Numbered from the whole stretch's first letter, positions 40,230 to 52,930 are shown. The stretch is DNA of 63,283 nt, filler included, from Chiloscyllium plagiosum (GCF_004010195.1; 4 parts of one record of this genome joined end to end with filler, not necessarily neighbours in it); one strand, 5' to 3'. Translations and numbers: made by a program. Notes: generated by a model not told the origin, from the letters alone.

Positions 40230-40790
40230 AATGGTTCAGAAAAGATTTAGAATGATTTTACCAGGATGGAGTGTTTGAGCTATAGGAAGAGGCTGGATAG
40301 ACTGGGCTATTTCCCCTGGACCATCAAAGGCTGAGGAATGATGGTAGAGATTTATAAAATTGTGAGAGACACGAGTAGGGGAGTCCAAAACTAGAGGCCA
40401 TAGGTTTAGGGTGAGAGGGGAAAGATTTAAAAGGGGCAACCTTTTCACATAGAGTGTGGTATATGTATGGAATGAAGAAGTGGTGGTATAATTATAGCAT
40501 TTAAAAGGCATCTGGATGGATATATGAATAGGAGGGGTTTAGAGGGACTGGGGCATATGCTGGCAAATGGGAACAGATTAATTTAGGATAAAATCCAAAA
40601 AGTGCAGATGCTGTAAATCAGAAACGAAAACTGAAATTGCTGGAAAAGTTCAGCAGGTCTGGCAGCATCCCCGAAGAGAAATCAGAATTAACATTTCAGG
40701 TCCAGTGACCCTTCCTCTGATTTCCCTTAATTTAGGATATCTGGTCGGCATGGATGAGTTGGTCTCAAAATTCTGTTTCCATGCTTGTAC
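40230..40790 (+). mobile_element. CR1 3' fragment with an embedded Penelope family C piece
   Basis: CR1 C-terminal and tail sequence; insert at about 40590-40725 flanked by TTAATTTAGGATA on both sides. Confidence 0.8.
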
Positions 40791-40794
40791 TCTA

Positions 40795-42298
40795 ACAATC
40801 TGTCTCCACATTTCCTGACAGTCAAACTCATTCCCGAATACAATGTCTCTTCACATTTCCTGACAGTGTAGCTCATTCCTGAATACAATGTCTCTTCACA
40901 TTTCCTGACAGTGTAGCTCATTCCTGAATACAGTTTCTCTCACGTTTCTAGACAATCAAACTCATTCCTGAATAGTGTCTCTGTCCATGTTCCTGACAGT
41001 CAAGATCATTCCTCAGAACAGTCTCTCTCCAGTTTCCTGACAGTCGGATACCTTCCTGAATACAGCATCTGTCCACATTTCCTGACAGTCGGACACATTC
41101 CTGAATACAGTGTCTCTCCACATTTCCTGACAGTCAGACACATTCCTAAATACAGTCAGACATATTCCTGAATACAGGGTCTCTCCACATTTCCTGACAG
41201 TCGGACACATTCCGGAATACAGTCAGACACATTCCTGAATAGACTCTCTCCACATTTCCTGAATACAGTCAGACACATTCCTGAATAGTCTCTCTCCACA
41301 TTTCCTGAATACAGTCAGACACATTCCTGAATAGTGTATCTCCACATTTCCTGAATACAGCCACTGTCCACATTTCCTGAATACAGTCAGACACATTCCT
41401 GAATAGTCTGTCTACACTTCCTGAACACAGTCAGACACATTCCTGAATAGTGTCTCTCCACATTTCCTGAATACAGCCTCTGCCCACATTTCCTGAATAC
41501 AGTCACAGACACTTTCCTGAATACAGCCTCTGTCCACATTTCCTGAATATAGTCAGACATATTCCTGAATAGTGTCTGTCCACATTTCCTGAATACAATC
41601 AGACACATTCCTGAATAGTTTCTCTCCACATTTCCTGACAGTCAGACACATTCCTGAATACAGCCTCTGTCCACATTTCCTGAATACAGCCTCTGTCCAC
41701 ATTTCCTGAGTACAGTCAGACACATTCCTGAATAGTGTCTGTCTACATTTCCTGAATACAGCCTCTGCCCACATTTCCTGAATACAGTCACAGACACTTT
41801 CCTGAATACAGCTTCTGTCCACATTTCCTGAATACAGTCAGACACATTCCTGAATAGTGTCTGTCCACATTTCCTGAATACAGTCAGACACATTCCTGAA
41901 TAGTGTTTCTCCACATTTCCTGACAGTCAGACACATTCCTGAACAGTGTCTCTCCACATTTCCTGAATACAGCCTCTGTGCACATTTCCTGAATACAGTC
42001 AGACACATTCCTGAATAGTGTCTGTCTACATTTCCTGAATACAGTCAGACACATTCCTGAATACAGTCAGACACTTTCCTGAATAGTGTCTGTCTACATT
42101 TCCTGAATACGGTCAGACACATTCCTGAATACAGTCAGACACATTCCTGAATACAGTCAGACACATTCCTGAATACAATCAGACACATTCCTGTATAGTG
42201 TCTCTCCACATTTCCTGACAGTCAGACACATTCCTGTATAGTGTCTATCCACATTTCCTGACAGTCAGACATATTCCTGAATACAGTGTCTCTCCATG
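40795..42298. repeat. Compound minisatellite of about 20-22 bp subunits
   Basis: Alternating CAGTCAGACACATTCCTGAATA and GTGTCTCTCCACATTTCCTGA(ATA) variants over about 1.5 kb. Confidence 0.97.
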
Positions 42299-42299
42299 T

Positions 42300-43090
42300 T
42301 GTTCCTGACGGACAGCCCTCGCCCTGAGGACAGGTTTTACGACAGTGCTGTGAAACGGCGGCGCCAAACTGTTGGCTTTGCGGTAGGTGTTGGCGGCCTG
42401 CGGCTTGGCCCAACGCGGTGCTGCCGCGTTAAAATCTTGAGTTTTTTTTAAAGAAAAGAGCGAAGAATTATATGTTTGTTTGTTTTTCCCCACCCCAAGG
42501 GGACGCGTGTTGTAGTTGTTGTGGTGGAGTCGGCGGCAGCGTTCGGCCTCCCGGGCCCGGGCACCATGACTCTGGCTCCGAAGGAGCTGAGCAGCCTGAT
42601 CGGCATCATCTGTGAGGAAGCGACCAGTAACACCTTCGAGGGCCTCTCCACCGCCTTCCATCACTACTTCGCCAAGCATGACCATTTCCGAGTCGGCTCC
42701 ACGCTCGTCATGTTGCTGCAACAAGCCGACCTGCTGCCCAGCCCCCAGCAGCGGCTCACCGCCCTCTACCTGCTCTGGGAGATGTACCGCACCGAGCCGC
42801 TCGCCGCCAACCCCTTCGCCGCTGTCTTCGCCCATCTCCTTAACGCCGCGCCGGTGGCCGAGGAGCAGGAGAAACAGCTGCTGGGTAAGCCCGTGGACGG
42901 TGCTCGGAGACACACCGTTCCCTTCCCCAGCGGGGCGGGGGCTCTGTGGCTCACGGTGACCGAAAGCATGCGTGGCCGGGGTTTACCATCTTTTACCTCC
43001 TTTTTAAAAATAATTTTCTCATTTCGCACGGAAAATTCATTCAGAGCTTACATTATCGGCGGCGCTGCTCCCCATCGATGTAAAATCTTC
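42300..43090 (+). promoter_or_regulatory. CNOT11: CpG island / promoter and 5' region of CNOT11
   Basis: The most extended CpG-dense, GC-rich unique stretch in the window; it surrounds the first coding exon. Confidence 0.8.
42566..42884 (+). CDS. CNOT11: CCR4-NOT transcription complex subunit 11, first coding exon
   Basis: [15 protein letters not shown]...[13 protein letters not shown]...[25 protein letters not shown] matches the CNOT11 N-terminus as I recall it; Kozak GCACCATG; phase-1 donor G|GTAAGC at 42884/42885. Confidence 0.95.
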
Positions 43091-43188
43091 CAGGTGTTGA
43101 GTTTGAAACATCTCACACTTACACAGGGAATTCTGTTAGATTTCCTGTCTCCACACCAGAATAGTCAGTGTACTTTCAGAGGGGAGTT

Positions 43189-43350
43189 AAAAATCAAACA
43201 ACACCAGGTTATAGTCCAACAGGTTTAATTGAAAGCATACTAGCTTTCGGAGCGTCGCTCCTTCCAATTAAACCTGTTGGACTATAACCTGGTGTTGTGT
43301 GATTTTTAACTTTGTACATCCCAGTCCATCACCGGCATCTCCAAATCATG
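43189..43350. mobile_element. Fold-back Penelope family B insertion in CNOT11 intron 1, 17-bp TSD
   Basis: ACTTTC(A/G)GAGGGGAGTT at 43172-43188 and 43351-43367; inverted arms around a truncated hammerhead. Confidence 0.85.
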
Positions 43351-43924
43351 ACTTTCGGAGGGGAGTTCTGAATGTGCAACGTCTCAAAAGACTTTGCGAG
43401 ATTGAATGAGGTGCCCAACAAACGCATGTGGCCTTTAATGTAATTTCTGCTATGGAGCTTTATCTGTAACATGAGATGAAAACGTCCACCCGGGAACTTA
43501 GAGGCATGTTAGAACCTTTGTTCTTTCGAAGTCAGTTCAAATTCCGCTTCACCTGTTTCACAGCTCAGTTTCGGGAGTTCACAGGGAATGTGAATTATTT
43601 TATGTTTTAACGTCCTCAATATTATCCATTGTGGTGGAACCAAATGATTGTTCTAATTCACACAGGCCAGCTAACTGTTTCCATTTAAATTCTGTTATTT
43701 GTAAATGAAGTTTGAGTAATTGATTATTGGAAATAATTTCAGTATTGATTTTTCTTTTGCCAGCATAGAAATTGTAGGATGCAGGTGAGCTTTAAAAATG
43801 CTGTGTAAGATTTGTATGAAAATATATAACTTTGTACACATTAACTCTAACCTGATCGCAGAAGTTAATTGATCAACTTTGTGCATTTTTTAGAGCTGCC
43901 AATTCATTGTGTGCTGGAATGTAA

Positions 43925-44311
43925 ATAGAGTCATAGAGATGTACAGCATGGAAACAGACCCTTCCGTCCAACCCGTCCATGTCAACCAGATATCCCAACC
44001 CAATCTAGTCCCACCTGCCAGCACCTGGCCCATATCCCTCCAAACCCTTCCTATTCATGTACCCATCCAAATGCCTCTTAAATGTTGCAATTGTACCAGC
44101 CTCCACCACATCCTTTGACAGCTCATTCCATACACGTACCACCCTCTGCGTGAAAAAGTTGCCCCTTAGGTCTCTCTTATATCTTTCCCCTCTCACCCTA
44201 AACCTATGCCCTCTAGTTCTGGACTCCCCAACCCCAGAGAAAAGACTTTATCTATTTATCCTATCCATGACCCTCATAATTTTGTAAACCACTATAAGAT
44301 CACCCCTCAGC
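43925..44311 (-). mobile_element. CR1 LINE 3' end, truncated by gap
   Basis: RGERYKRDLRGNFFTQRVVRVWNEL and CR1 tail. Confidence 0.92.
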
Positions 44312-44411
44312 NNNNNNNNNNNNNNNNNNNNNNNNNNNNNNNNNNNNNNNNNNNNTTAATTAATTAANNNNNNNNNNNNNNNNNNNNNNNNNNNNNNNNN
44401 NNNNNNNNNNN
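44312..44411. other. Scaffold join: N44-TTAATTAATTAA-N44
   Basis: Synthetic spacer between the contig carrying CNOT11 exon 1 and the contig carrying the TIR exon. Confidence 0.97.
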
Positions 44412-45319
44412 TAGAAGGTTGGGTGAGCAAGTTTGTGGATGATACGAAAGTCGGAGGAGTTGTTGACAGTGAGGAAGGATGTGGCAGGTTACAGCAGGAT
44501 ATAGAGAAGCTGCAGAGCTGGGCAGAAAGGTGGCTAATGGAATTCAATGTAGCTAAGTGTGAGTTGATTCACTTTGGGAAGAATAACAAAAAGATGGGGT
44601 ACTGGGCTAATGGTCGGATACTTGGTAGTGTGGATGAGCAGAGGGATCTTGGTGTCCATGTACACAGATCTCTGAAAGTTGCCACCCAGGTAAATAGTGC
44701 GGTGAGGAAGGCATATGGCGTACTGGCTTTTATTGGTAGAGGAATTGAGTTCGGGAGTCCTGAGGTCATGATGCAGTTGTATAAGACTCTGGTGCGGATG
44801 CATCTGGAGTATTGTGTGCAGTTTTGGTCGCCATACTATAGGAAGGATGTGGAGGCACTGGAACGGGTGCAGAGGAGGTTTACCAGGATGTTGCCTGGTA
44901 TGGAAGGAAGATCGTATGAGGAAAGACTGAGGCACTTGGGGCTGTTTTCATTAGAGAAAAGAAGGTTTAGGGGTGACTTGATTGAGGTGTACAAGATGAT
45001 TAGGGGGTTAGATAGGGTTGACAGTGTGAACCTTTTCCCGCGTATGGAGTTGGGTATTACAAGGGGGCATAGCTTTACATTAAGGGGGGTAGATATTGGA
45101 CTGAAGTTAGGGGTAGGTTCTTCACTCAGCGAGTCGTAAGTTCATGGAATGCCCTGCCAGTAGCAGTAGTGGACTCTCCCTCTTTATGGGCATTTAAGCG
45201 GGCATTGGATAGGTATATGGAGGATAGTGGGTTAGTATAGGTTAGGTGGGCTTGGATCGGCGCAACATCGAGGGCCAAAGGGCCTGTACTGCGCTGTATT
45301 CTTCTATGTTCTATGTTCT
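44412..45319 (+). mobile_element. CR1 LINE RT C-terminus and TTCTATG tail
   Basis: ORF 44423-45139 (SKFVDDTKVGG, LEYCVQFWSPY). Confidence 0.93.
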
Positions 45320-45525
45320 ATCACATTCCCAGCTACCTTGACCCAGCCCCACCCCTTTCCCGTTTATCTCCCAGCTGTCTTGGCTCACAAACCTCATTCC
45401 TGATGAAGGGCTTATGCCTGAAATGTTGATTCTCCTGCTCCTCGGATGCTGCCTGACTGGCTGTGCTTTTCCTGCACCACACTCTTTGACTCTGATTCCA
45501 GCATCTGCAGTGCTCACTTTCTTTT
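45320..45525 (+). mobile_element. Penelope family A 3' fragment
   Basis: ATTCCTGATGAAGGGCTTATGCCTGAAATGTTGAT hammerhead-like motif and shared terminus. Confidence 0.82.
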
Positions 45526-46578
45526 AGAGGAAAATAAAATGAGAGAGCATTTTTTTAGGTTATGTCAGAGGCTGGGATCTCAGTGACAAGTAACTCACCT
45601 GCTGACACTTCAAACTTGTCTCATCCATGAGACACATGCTCACCCATACAGTATCCAGACTTAGAATTAAGTTGCTCTGTTGAGTATGGGCATTGCTAAT
45701 AAGGTGAGTAATTAATCATCAGTCAATGGCCTTGTGAAGAGTGATGTGGACCTTGCATTTTTACTTGCTGTGATCTGTTTGGTTTAGGCTGGCCTGAACA
45801 GCTGTTTGGTAAGGAACTTCAGGAATTTGAGCTGGTGGTCACAGAAGAATGGGGCTATACTTGCATGTCAGGATAATGTGTAATTTCAGAGGTGGGCTTG
45901 GAGGTGATTGGGCTTGCAAATGCCAGCTACCCTGGTGCTTCTAAGTCATAACAAATTCAGGTTTGGAAGGTACCACCAAAGAAATTAATGTTGAGATATT
46001 GTGATGAATCTTGTAGCACTGCTCCTGCCATGCACCTAATGGAAAAGGAACAAATGTATAAGGCACGCTTATCAGAGAGGTTGCTGCTTCTTAAATGGTA
46101 TTGGATATTTTGTGTTGTTGGATTGGCAGTCATTCAGGCCAATGGAGTGTATTCCATGACTTGTATCTTGCAGGGCGCAGAATGACTTTGGTAAGGCGGA
46201 ATGTGATTCACTCACTGCAGAATAACCAGTATCCGACCTCCTCTTGTAGCCATAGTATTTATAAGGTGGATAATGGTTACCTGCAAGTCTTTAAGGATGA
46301 GATTTTAAATTTGGTTATGCAATAGAATGTGAAGGGGAATGGAGCAAGGAAAGATCAATGGATTTCTTTCTATAGTCTGGTGACTGCCTATATTTTATCT
46401 GCAATGCAGTGGTGTCCGCTTAGCCCATGCAATTAATGTCTCCCCAACCTATGCAGTCTGATCACCATTATTGTGGGAGGCAAAAAGCCAAGTGTATCAT
46501 TGGCATCCCAGAATGCAATTTTTCAGCTGTTTTGATTTGTTCATCTTATGTTTTCTCCATTTTTTTTGTTCTTTTTAG

Positions 46579-46904
46579 ATTACATTGAAAAAGTAAAATC
46601 AAACATCAAAGACAGTAGAAGACTGATTATTTTGATGGCAAAATCCGTTGATAAACAACTGTGCACCATGTTTGAACAGCAAGTTGGATTGCATGATGCA
46701 TTGATATCTAATCAAATAGAAGTGATTCTGATTGAGTTGGATTATCACGATAATTACAGTGACCTTCCAGAATCACTTAGACATATTATACAAAAGAAAG
46801 GAGCGATTAAGTGGACAAGCAGTGAATGGAAAAAAGAATCGCCATCATTAAACTCAAAATTCTGGAAACAAGTGCGATACAAAATGCCACGAAGGTCTTC
46901 GTGA
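46579..46904 (+). CDS. Terminal exon of an interleukin-1 receptor family gene (TIR domain C-terminal half, IL1R1-like)
   Basis: Strong acceptor TTTTTTTGTTCTTTTTAG|AT (phase 1); SRRLIILM, EQQVGLHDAL, VILIEL, LPESLRHIIQKKGAIKW and box 3 SKFWKQVRYKMP; TGA at 46902-46904; AATAAA at 47362-47367. Confidence 0.92.
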
Positions 46905-47429
46905 TCTTGTTGTAAAACTGAGTATTACCAGACGTTAGAAATGCATTAAATAGCATTTCATCTTTCAAGAAAGTGCAGATATTTGGGTATCGTACATTGG
47001 GTAATAGTGTAAACTGCAGCAGGGGTGTTTTTGAACACTGGATGAATTTCTTCAGGTCCTTTCCCATTGTAACTTTGAAAGCTCATGGAAATCTGTTTGC
47101 AATCTTAATAGCCTCAAGGTAACCAACCCCATTAACCTGTTAAGGAAGCCAAAGTCTTTCTTTTAATTATTTGCAATGCAGATTTAAAAGTGGTTTATTT
47201 TAAACTGGTGCTTCCTTATGCTAGTTTACAACTGTGTAATGCATACAGGATTATCCACAAATGATTCGTAAACACATATAAACATAAAGGTAATACAATT
47301 TTGTAAGGTAATGCATTCCAAAAATAGATTTATAAAATAATACAATGTTCAATTTATTTTAAATAAAGTTGAAGTAAATAATCCTCTGTTGGAAGTTTTG
47401 TTTGTTCTGTGCAATTATTTATAAAATGA

Positions 47430-48890
47430 AGAACTTCAGGACCATAAAATGTAATGGCAGAAGTAGACAATTCAGGCTGTTGAGTCTGCTCTGCCTTCAA
47501 TGAGATCATGGCTGATTTGATAGTCCTCAAATCCACTCACGTATCTTTTCGCTGTAACCCTTGATACCCTTGCTGATTAAAAAGCTTTCAATCTCAGCCT
47601 TGAATATACTTAATGACCCTGCCTTGGCAGTTGTCAATGGTAAGGAATTTCACTACACTCCAGGAGAAGAAATTCCTTCTCTGTTATAACTGGCAACCCC
47701 TAACTTTGAGATTATGTTATCTGGTCTTAAATTTTCTGACAAGGAGAAACAACCTCTCGGCATCTACCTTGTCAACCTCCTTGAGAATCTTATGTTTCAA
47801 TCAGGTCGCCTCTCATTCTTCTAAACTTCAGTGAGTATAGCACCAACTGACTCAATCTCTCAGAAAGCAATCTCTCCATACCCGGGACTCCATAACTGAG
47901 TGAACTTTCTCTGCATTACCTCCAATGCCAGTATAGCTTTCCTCAGAAAAAGAGTGCAGAACTGCACACAGTATTCTAAGTGTGGTCTGACAAGTGCCTT
48001 GTACAGTTTTAACAAAATATCCCTACTTTTATACTCCATTCCCTTTTGAATAAAGTTAACATTCCCTGCTGAACCTGTATGCTAGCTTTTTATGATTTAT
48101 GCATGAAGACTCCTAAATCATGCTGTGCTGCAGTCTTTCTCCATTTAGCTAATATTAAGTTCCTCCATTCTTCCTGTCAAAGTGTAAAACCTTACATGTT
48201 GTGACATTATATTCCATCTGCCAAGTTTTTGCTACTCATTTAACTGAGTATATCCCTGGGGCAGATGCTGTAATTTTAAAAAGTTGCCTACCTACCTCTT
48301 ATTGTCATCTGCAAATTTAAATACAGTGCATTCATTTTCCTCATACAAGTTATTTAACATACACAGTAAATAATTGCGACTTCAGCAATGATTATTGTGG
48401 CACTCCACTAGTTACAGGTTGGCACCCTGAAAATGCCCCCCCAATCCCAACACTTCTATTAGTTAGCCAATCCTCTATTTGTGCCAGTATATTATGTGAA
48501 ACAACATGGGTTCTTCTTATGTGGCATAATGTGTGGTACCTTTTCAAATGTCTTCTGGAAATCAAAACATATTACAACTACTGGTTCTATCATCTATCTT
48601 CCATATTACCTCTTTGAAAATTCCAGAAAATTTGTCAGATATGATTCCTCCTTTGTGAAGCCACGCTGACTGTGCTTGATTAACTCATGCATTTTTAAAT
48701 GCTGTACTGTTACATCGTTTATAATAGACCCTAACATTGTCCCAACAACAGGCCTGCTTTTTAACTAAGGCTGTTATGAATTCTTGGAAGATTGCTACCA
48801 CACATCCACTGTCTCTATAGCTACTTTAATATCCTAGGATGCGTCTCATCAGGTCCAGAGGACTTATTGGCTTTCAGTCCTGTTAGCTTC
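47430..48890 (-). mobile_element. Old CR1 LINE, degraded
   Basis: Reverse-complement similarity to CR1 RT and 3' region (LEYCVQF-like, FADD-like). Confidence 0.78.
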
Positions 48891-50100
48891 TCTAGTACTT
48901 TTTTGCCACGGTGCGTTATTGTATTTATATCATCTCCCCCTTTTCCCTTGATTATTTTATGTTTTTGAGACATTATTATGGAATTAAAATCCTACCCAAA
49001 TCCTAAAAATGCTCAGCTTAACTGTTAAAAGTTAACTATGACAAAGCACAAAGTAGTGACAATTTATGTGAAATAAGATGATGACTTATGGATTAAGAAA
49101 AGTTTCCTGGAGATTTAGTTGTTTTGATGATTACTCTGCTTTTATTTGAATGGATCCCTATTTAGTATAAATCTAAAGTAAACGTGCTTAATAAAAATGT
49201 TTTTAAAATGTATCAAAGCCTTGAAAGTGAATCTGGATGATGTAATGGGATGAAACTGTGTTTAATAACTGTACATCATGTCTTCTAGATACCTCTGCAC
49301 TTCTTATTTTGTGGCTCCTTTTATTAATTTTTTACTAAATTGTTCTAGCATAAATAGGAACTAGAATAAGCGGAGTCCTATGTGCCATCCTTCTGATACG
49401 CTTCTGTTTGTCTCTTAGGAATTATGTCAGGAACATTACATGATGTTTCACTGACTTCTGAATTCAGCGGAAGTAAAGTGCTGAAGTGGTAACCAAACAA
49501 GATCATTACTCATGTGTGGTTGTAGTTTCCAGATATAGAGCATGGTGTACACATTGAAAGGAGATAAACTGACTGTTGTAGAGGTTAGAAAGGTGCCCAT
49601 CTGATGAATAAAAGCGGTATTGAAGAAACTCAGCAAGTCTGCCAACATCTGTGATGAAATTGAGTTAATCTTTTGAATCCAATATGACTCATCTTTTGGT
49701 CTTGAGATCCTGACTTTGAGTTGTAATATGTATATGAATTTCTTTTTAGATCTCTGCCTATTTCACCATTGTCATAGCATATTTAAGGGATGGTCCCAAT
49801 AGTTGACTCTGACTAGGCAGCCTACACAACACTTCCAACTGAAATGTCTAGTGGTATTCCAAGGTTCAGTCATACTGATGTGACACTAGGATGTCACTGG
49901 CAGGCTATGCACAGAATTTTAGCTCAGCAACTTTACTATTCATTACACGATAACAATTTGAAACTAGTAATGTGCAGTTTGGTAGGGTTGTTCAGTTTTT
50001 AGCTGTTAGAAGATAAAAATTTCCAGAAGACCATAGAGCTCCCCTCTCATTAGAGTGAGACCCCTGGTGATGGTTTAACCTAAGGGTCACTACATCTCAT

Positions 50101-50221
50101 TCCTGATGAAGGGCTTGAAACATTAATTCTCCTGCTCCTTGGATGCTGCGTGACTGGCTGTGCTTTTCCAGCACCACACTTTGTGACTCTGATCTCCAGC
50201 ATCTGCAGTCCTCACTTTCTC
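50101..50221 (+). mobile_element. 121-bp Penelope family A terminal insertion with 11-bp TSD
   Basis: CTACATCTCAT at 50090-50100 and 50222-50232; insert begins TCCTGATGAAGGGC. Confidence 0.85.
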
Positions 50222-51734
50222 CTACATCTCATGTGATGAGCAAAATTGAGAAGGTGGGATCTTCATGGTGACCTCAGCCAGTGTGAGAAATGAATCTGTG
50301 TTGATGGCATCACTCTGCATCACAAACCAGCCATCTAGTCAATTGAGGTAACCCCCCACCCCCCAAACACACACACACACAAACTGTCATTGGCTGAGCA
50401 ATGGTTTGTAGTGCAGAGCAATTCTTGCATCAGCTGAGGTTATCATGAAGGTCCCACCTTCTTAACCCTGCCCCTTGTCTGAGGTGTGATCACCCTCTGG
50501 TTAAACTACCACCAGTTGTCTCTCTAATAAGAGAGCAATCCTCTGGGTCTATGGCAGCTTTATAATGTGGAATTGCATTCTTGATTACAATACTTGGTGT
50601 TTTAATACAAATTAACTACTGTATATGTAGTACTTCAAACAAAACAGTATTATAGCAGTTCTTCATTTTTCAAGTGGAGATATTTTCCATTTACCATCTA
50701 ATTTAACAGTACCAGTCCATAATGCAAACCCATCCATTGACTCCATCTATGCTTCTTGGTACATTGGGAAAGCAACAAACCTAATCAAAGATCCCTTCCA
50801 CTCCAGTTATACTCTCTTCCAGTTATACTCTATCTTCCACAAAGATATAAAAGTTTGTGTACAAGTGCAAACAAAAGAACCGCTTCTTCCCCACTGTTAT
50901 CAGACTTTTGATTGGATGTCTTTAATATTCATGTTGATCTCTGCATCTTCTCAGTAGCTGTAACATTGTGTCTAGTCTCTGTTCTGTTACCCTGATGCCC
51001 TTATATAGTATGATCTGCCTGTAAAGCATGTAAGACAGCATTTTCACTGTACCTTGGTACGTGTGACAGTAATAAAACAAAATCATTTTTACTTATGCCC
51101 TCCAAGTTAATTTGTTATGAAGAAAGTATTCATTTGGTGTACATAGTCAATCAGTCAGATTCTCTCTGATATCACATGCATATTGTCTATTCATACCAAA
51201 TATATACTCTAGGTAAAAGACTTCAGAATGCAGATTTGTTTCCTTGTAGTGTTGTATTATCCACATTGATATAGTTATTGAATAGTTCAATACAGCTGTT
51301 CCTGTATTCAATACATTTTGCACATTGACTGACACACCTGCATTGGAAACATGGCAACAGTAAAATTTATTCGTATATACCTTAACAAACCTGCTAGTGG
51401 TACTGGTGAGCTTGTAAAAATAAATATGTTGATCAGGGTGAAGTGGGGCAGATGTGCCAAACTACAAATTCAGACTGTAAGGATTAAAGGATAGCATTAG
51501 TGTGTTTGGGTTAATAAACTGACTATTTGTTCGCTAGAGTAAACATGAAAGGTCACATTTTCAAGGCTGTAGTTAGAATGAGCATTGGTAGAAGCAATGT
51601 TGGGGGAATATTGCAACACTTCTGCTAGAAATCGCAGTGCTCAGCAATTAAAGGAATATGATCTGATATGTGCACGTATGTGATCTGGGACATGTTGGGG
51701 AGTGTGTCCACCAAAAATAAATTGTGTAAGACAA

Positions 51735-52930
51735 TAGAAAACAGGAACAGAATTAGGCCATTTGCCCCTTGAGCCTGTTCCATCATTCAGTAGGTTCATC
51801 GCTGATCCAACATTCCTCGCATTCACTTTCCTGCCCTTTTCCCATAACCTTTGATTCCCCTATTGATTAGGAATCTATCTCCTCCTTAGATATACATGAG
51901 GACTCTGCCCCCCCCCCCGTGGCAAGGAGCTCCAAAGATTCTCAAACCTCTTGAAAGTTGAAGTTCATTAAATTGACATCCCTTTATTCTGAGACTATGC
52001 CTTCTGGTCCTACACTCTCCTAAGAGGAGAAATGTTTCAGCATTTGCCCATCAAGCCCCTTAAGAATCCTACCTGATTACCTCTCATTTTTCTAAGTTCC
52101 AGTGAAGAAAGTCCCAACCCATATACCTCTCCATACCAGGTATCATCCTAGTTAACTTTCTTCAAAGTGCCACCAATGAAATTATATCTTTCCTTAAATA
52201 AAGGGACCAAAATTAGTCTCCGTTCTCCAGACGTGGTCTCCAGGACTTTGAACATTACAGTAAGACCTTCCGACTTTATAGCAGTGTGATCCAAGAAATG
52301 TCTAGCCAAAATGGGCTAAGTAATTGTATAAAAACTATACAAACTTGTTATTTGTGAAGAATGAAGATGGAGAGCTCAGCAGGGGCTGACTAGAATACAC
52401 GTATTTCCTCTATGCATGTAAAATAAACTTGTATTTTTATGTAAACAGACTGTGTTGAGTTTATACTTTAATATCCACTGTAAGAACCACCGTCCGGTAT
52501 CAGTGTGCTATGTGCAGTACTGGTCACCATACTTACAGAAGAATGTTAATGCATTGGGAAAATGTACAGAGAAGGTTTATAAACCAGTACCAGGAATGCT
52601 TGTGAAGAAAGGCGAAGCAGGCTTGGCCTGCATCCTCAGGAGTTTAGAAGAGTCCAGAGTGATTTAACTGATACATATAATCCAAGGGGACTTGACTTGG
52701 TGGGATATTCAAAGAAATATTGTCGTGGGAGAATCTAGAATTAGTGGCCACCATTTAAAAATAAGGGGGTATCCATTTAAATCAAATGGGAAACTTTATT
52801 TTTCTCCTAGGGGTTAAGATGCTTTGGAATTCTCTTTCTGAACACGTAGTGGATGCAGAGCCTCTAAATAGTTTGTAAGACAGAGGTAGATAAATTCTAG
52901 ATTACCAAAAGGCTGGAAGATTATTGTGAG
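51735..52930. mobile_element. Two old CR1 3' fragments (- then +)
   Basis: CR1 tail on - at about 51735-52280; YVQYWSPYLQK on + at about 52500-52930. Confidence 0.7.

Noticed and set aside
40795..42298. CRISPR-like array or repetitive Cys-rich ORFs on the minus strand
   Set aside because: No unique spacers, eukaryotic context and no cas genes; the ORFs are translations of the minisatellite.
42476..43228. 250-aa ORF as a single-exon protein, and the antisense 222-aa ORF 42245-42913
   Set aside because: CNOT11 similarity covers only 42566-42884 and ends at a GTAAG donor; the rest is intron read-through, and the antisense ORF is a GC-rich shadow.
49436..49495. Possible C/D snoRNA (SNORD89 lies near CNOT11 in human)
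   Set aside because: Imperfect C box (ATGATGT), weak terminal stem and no recognisable similarity.
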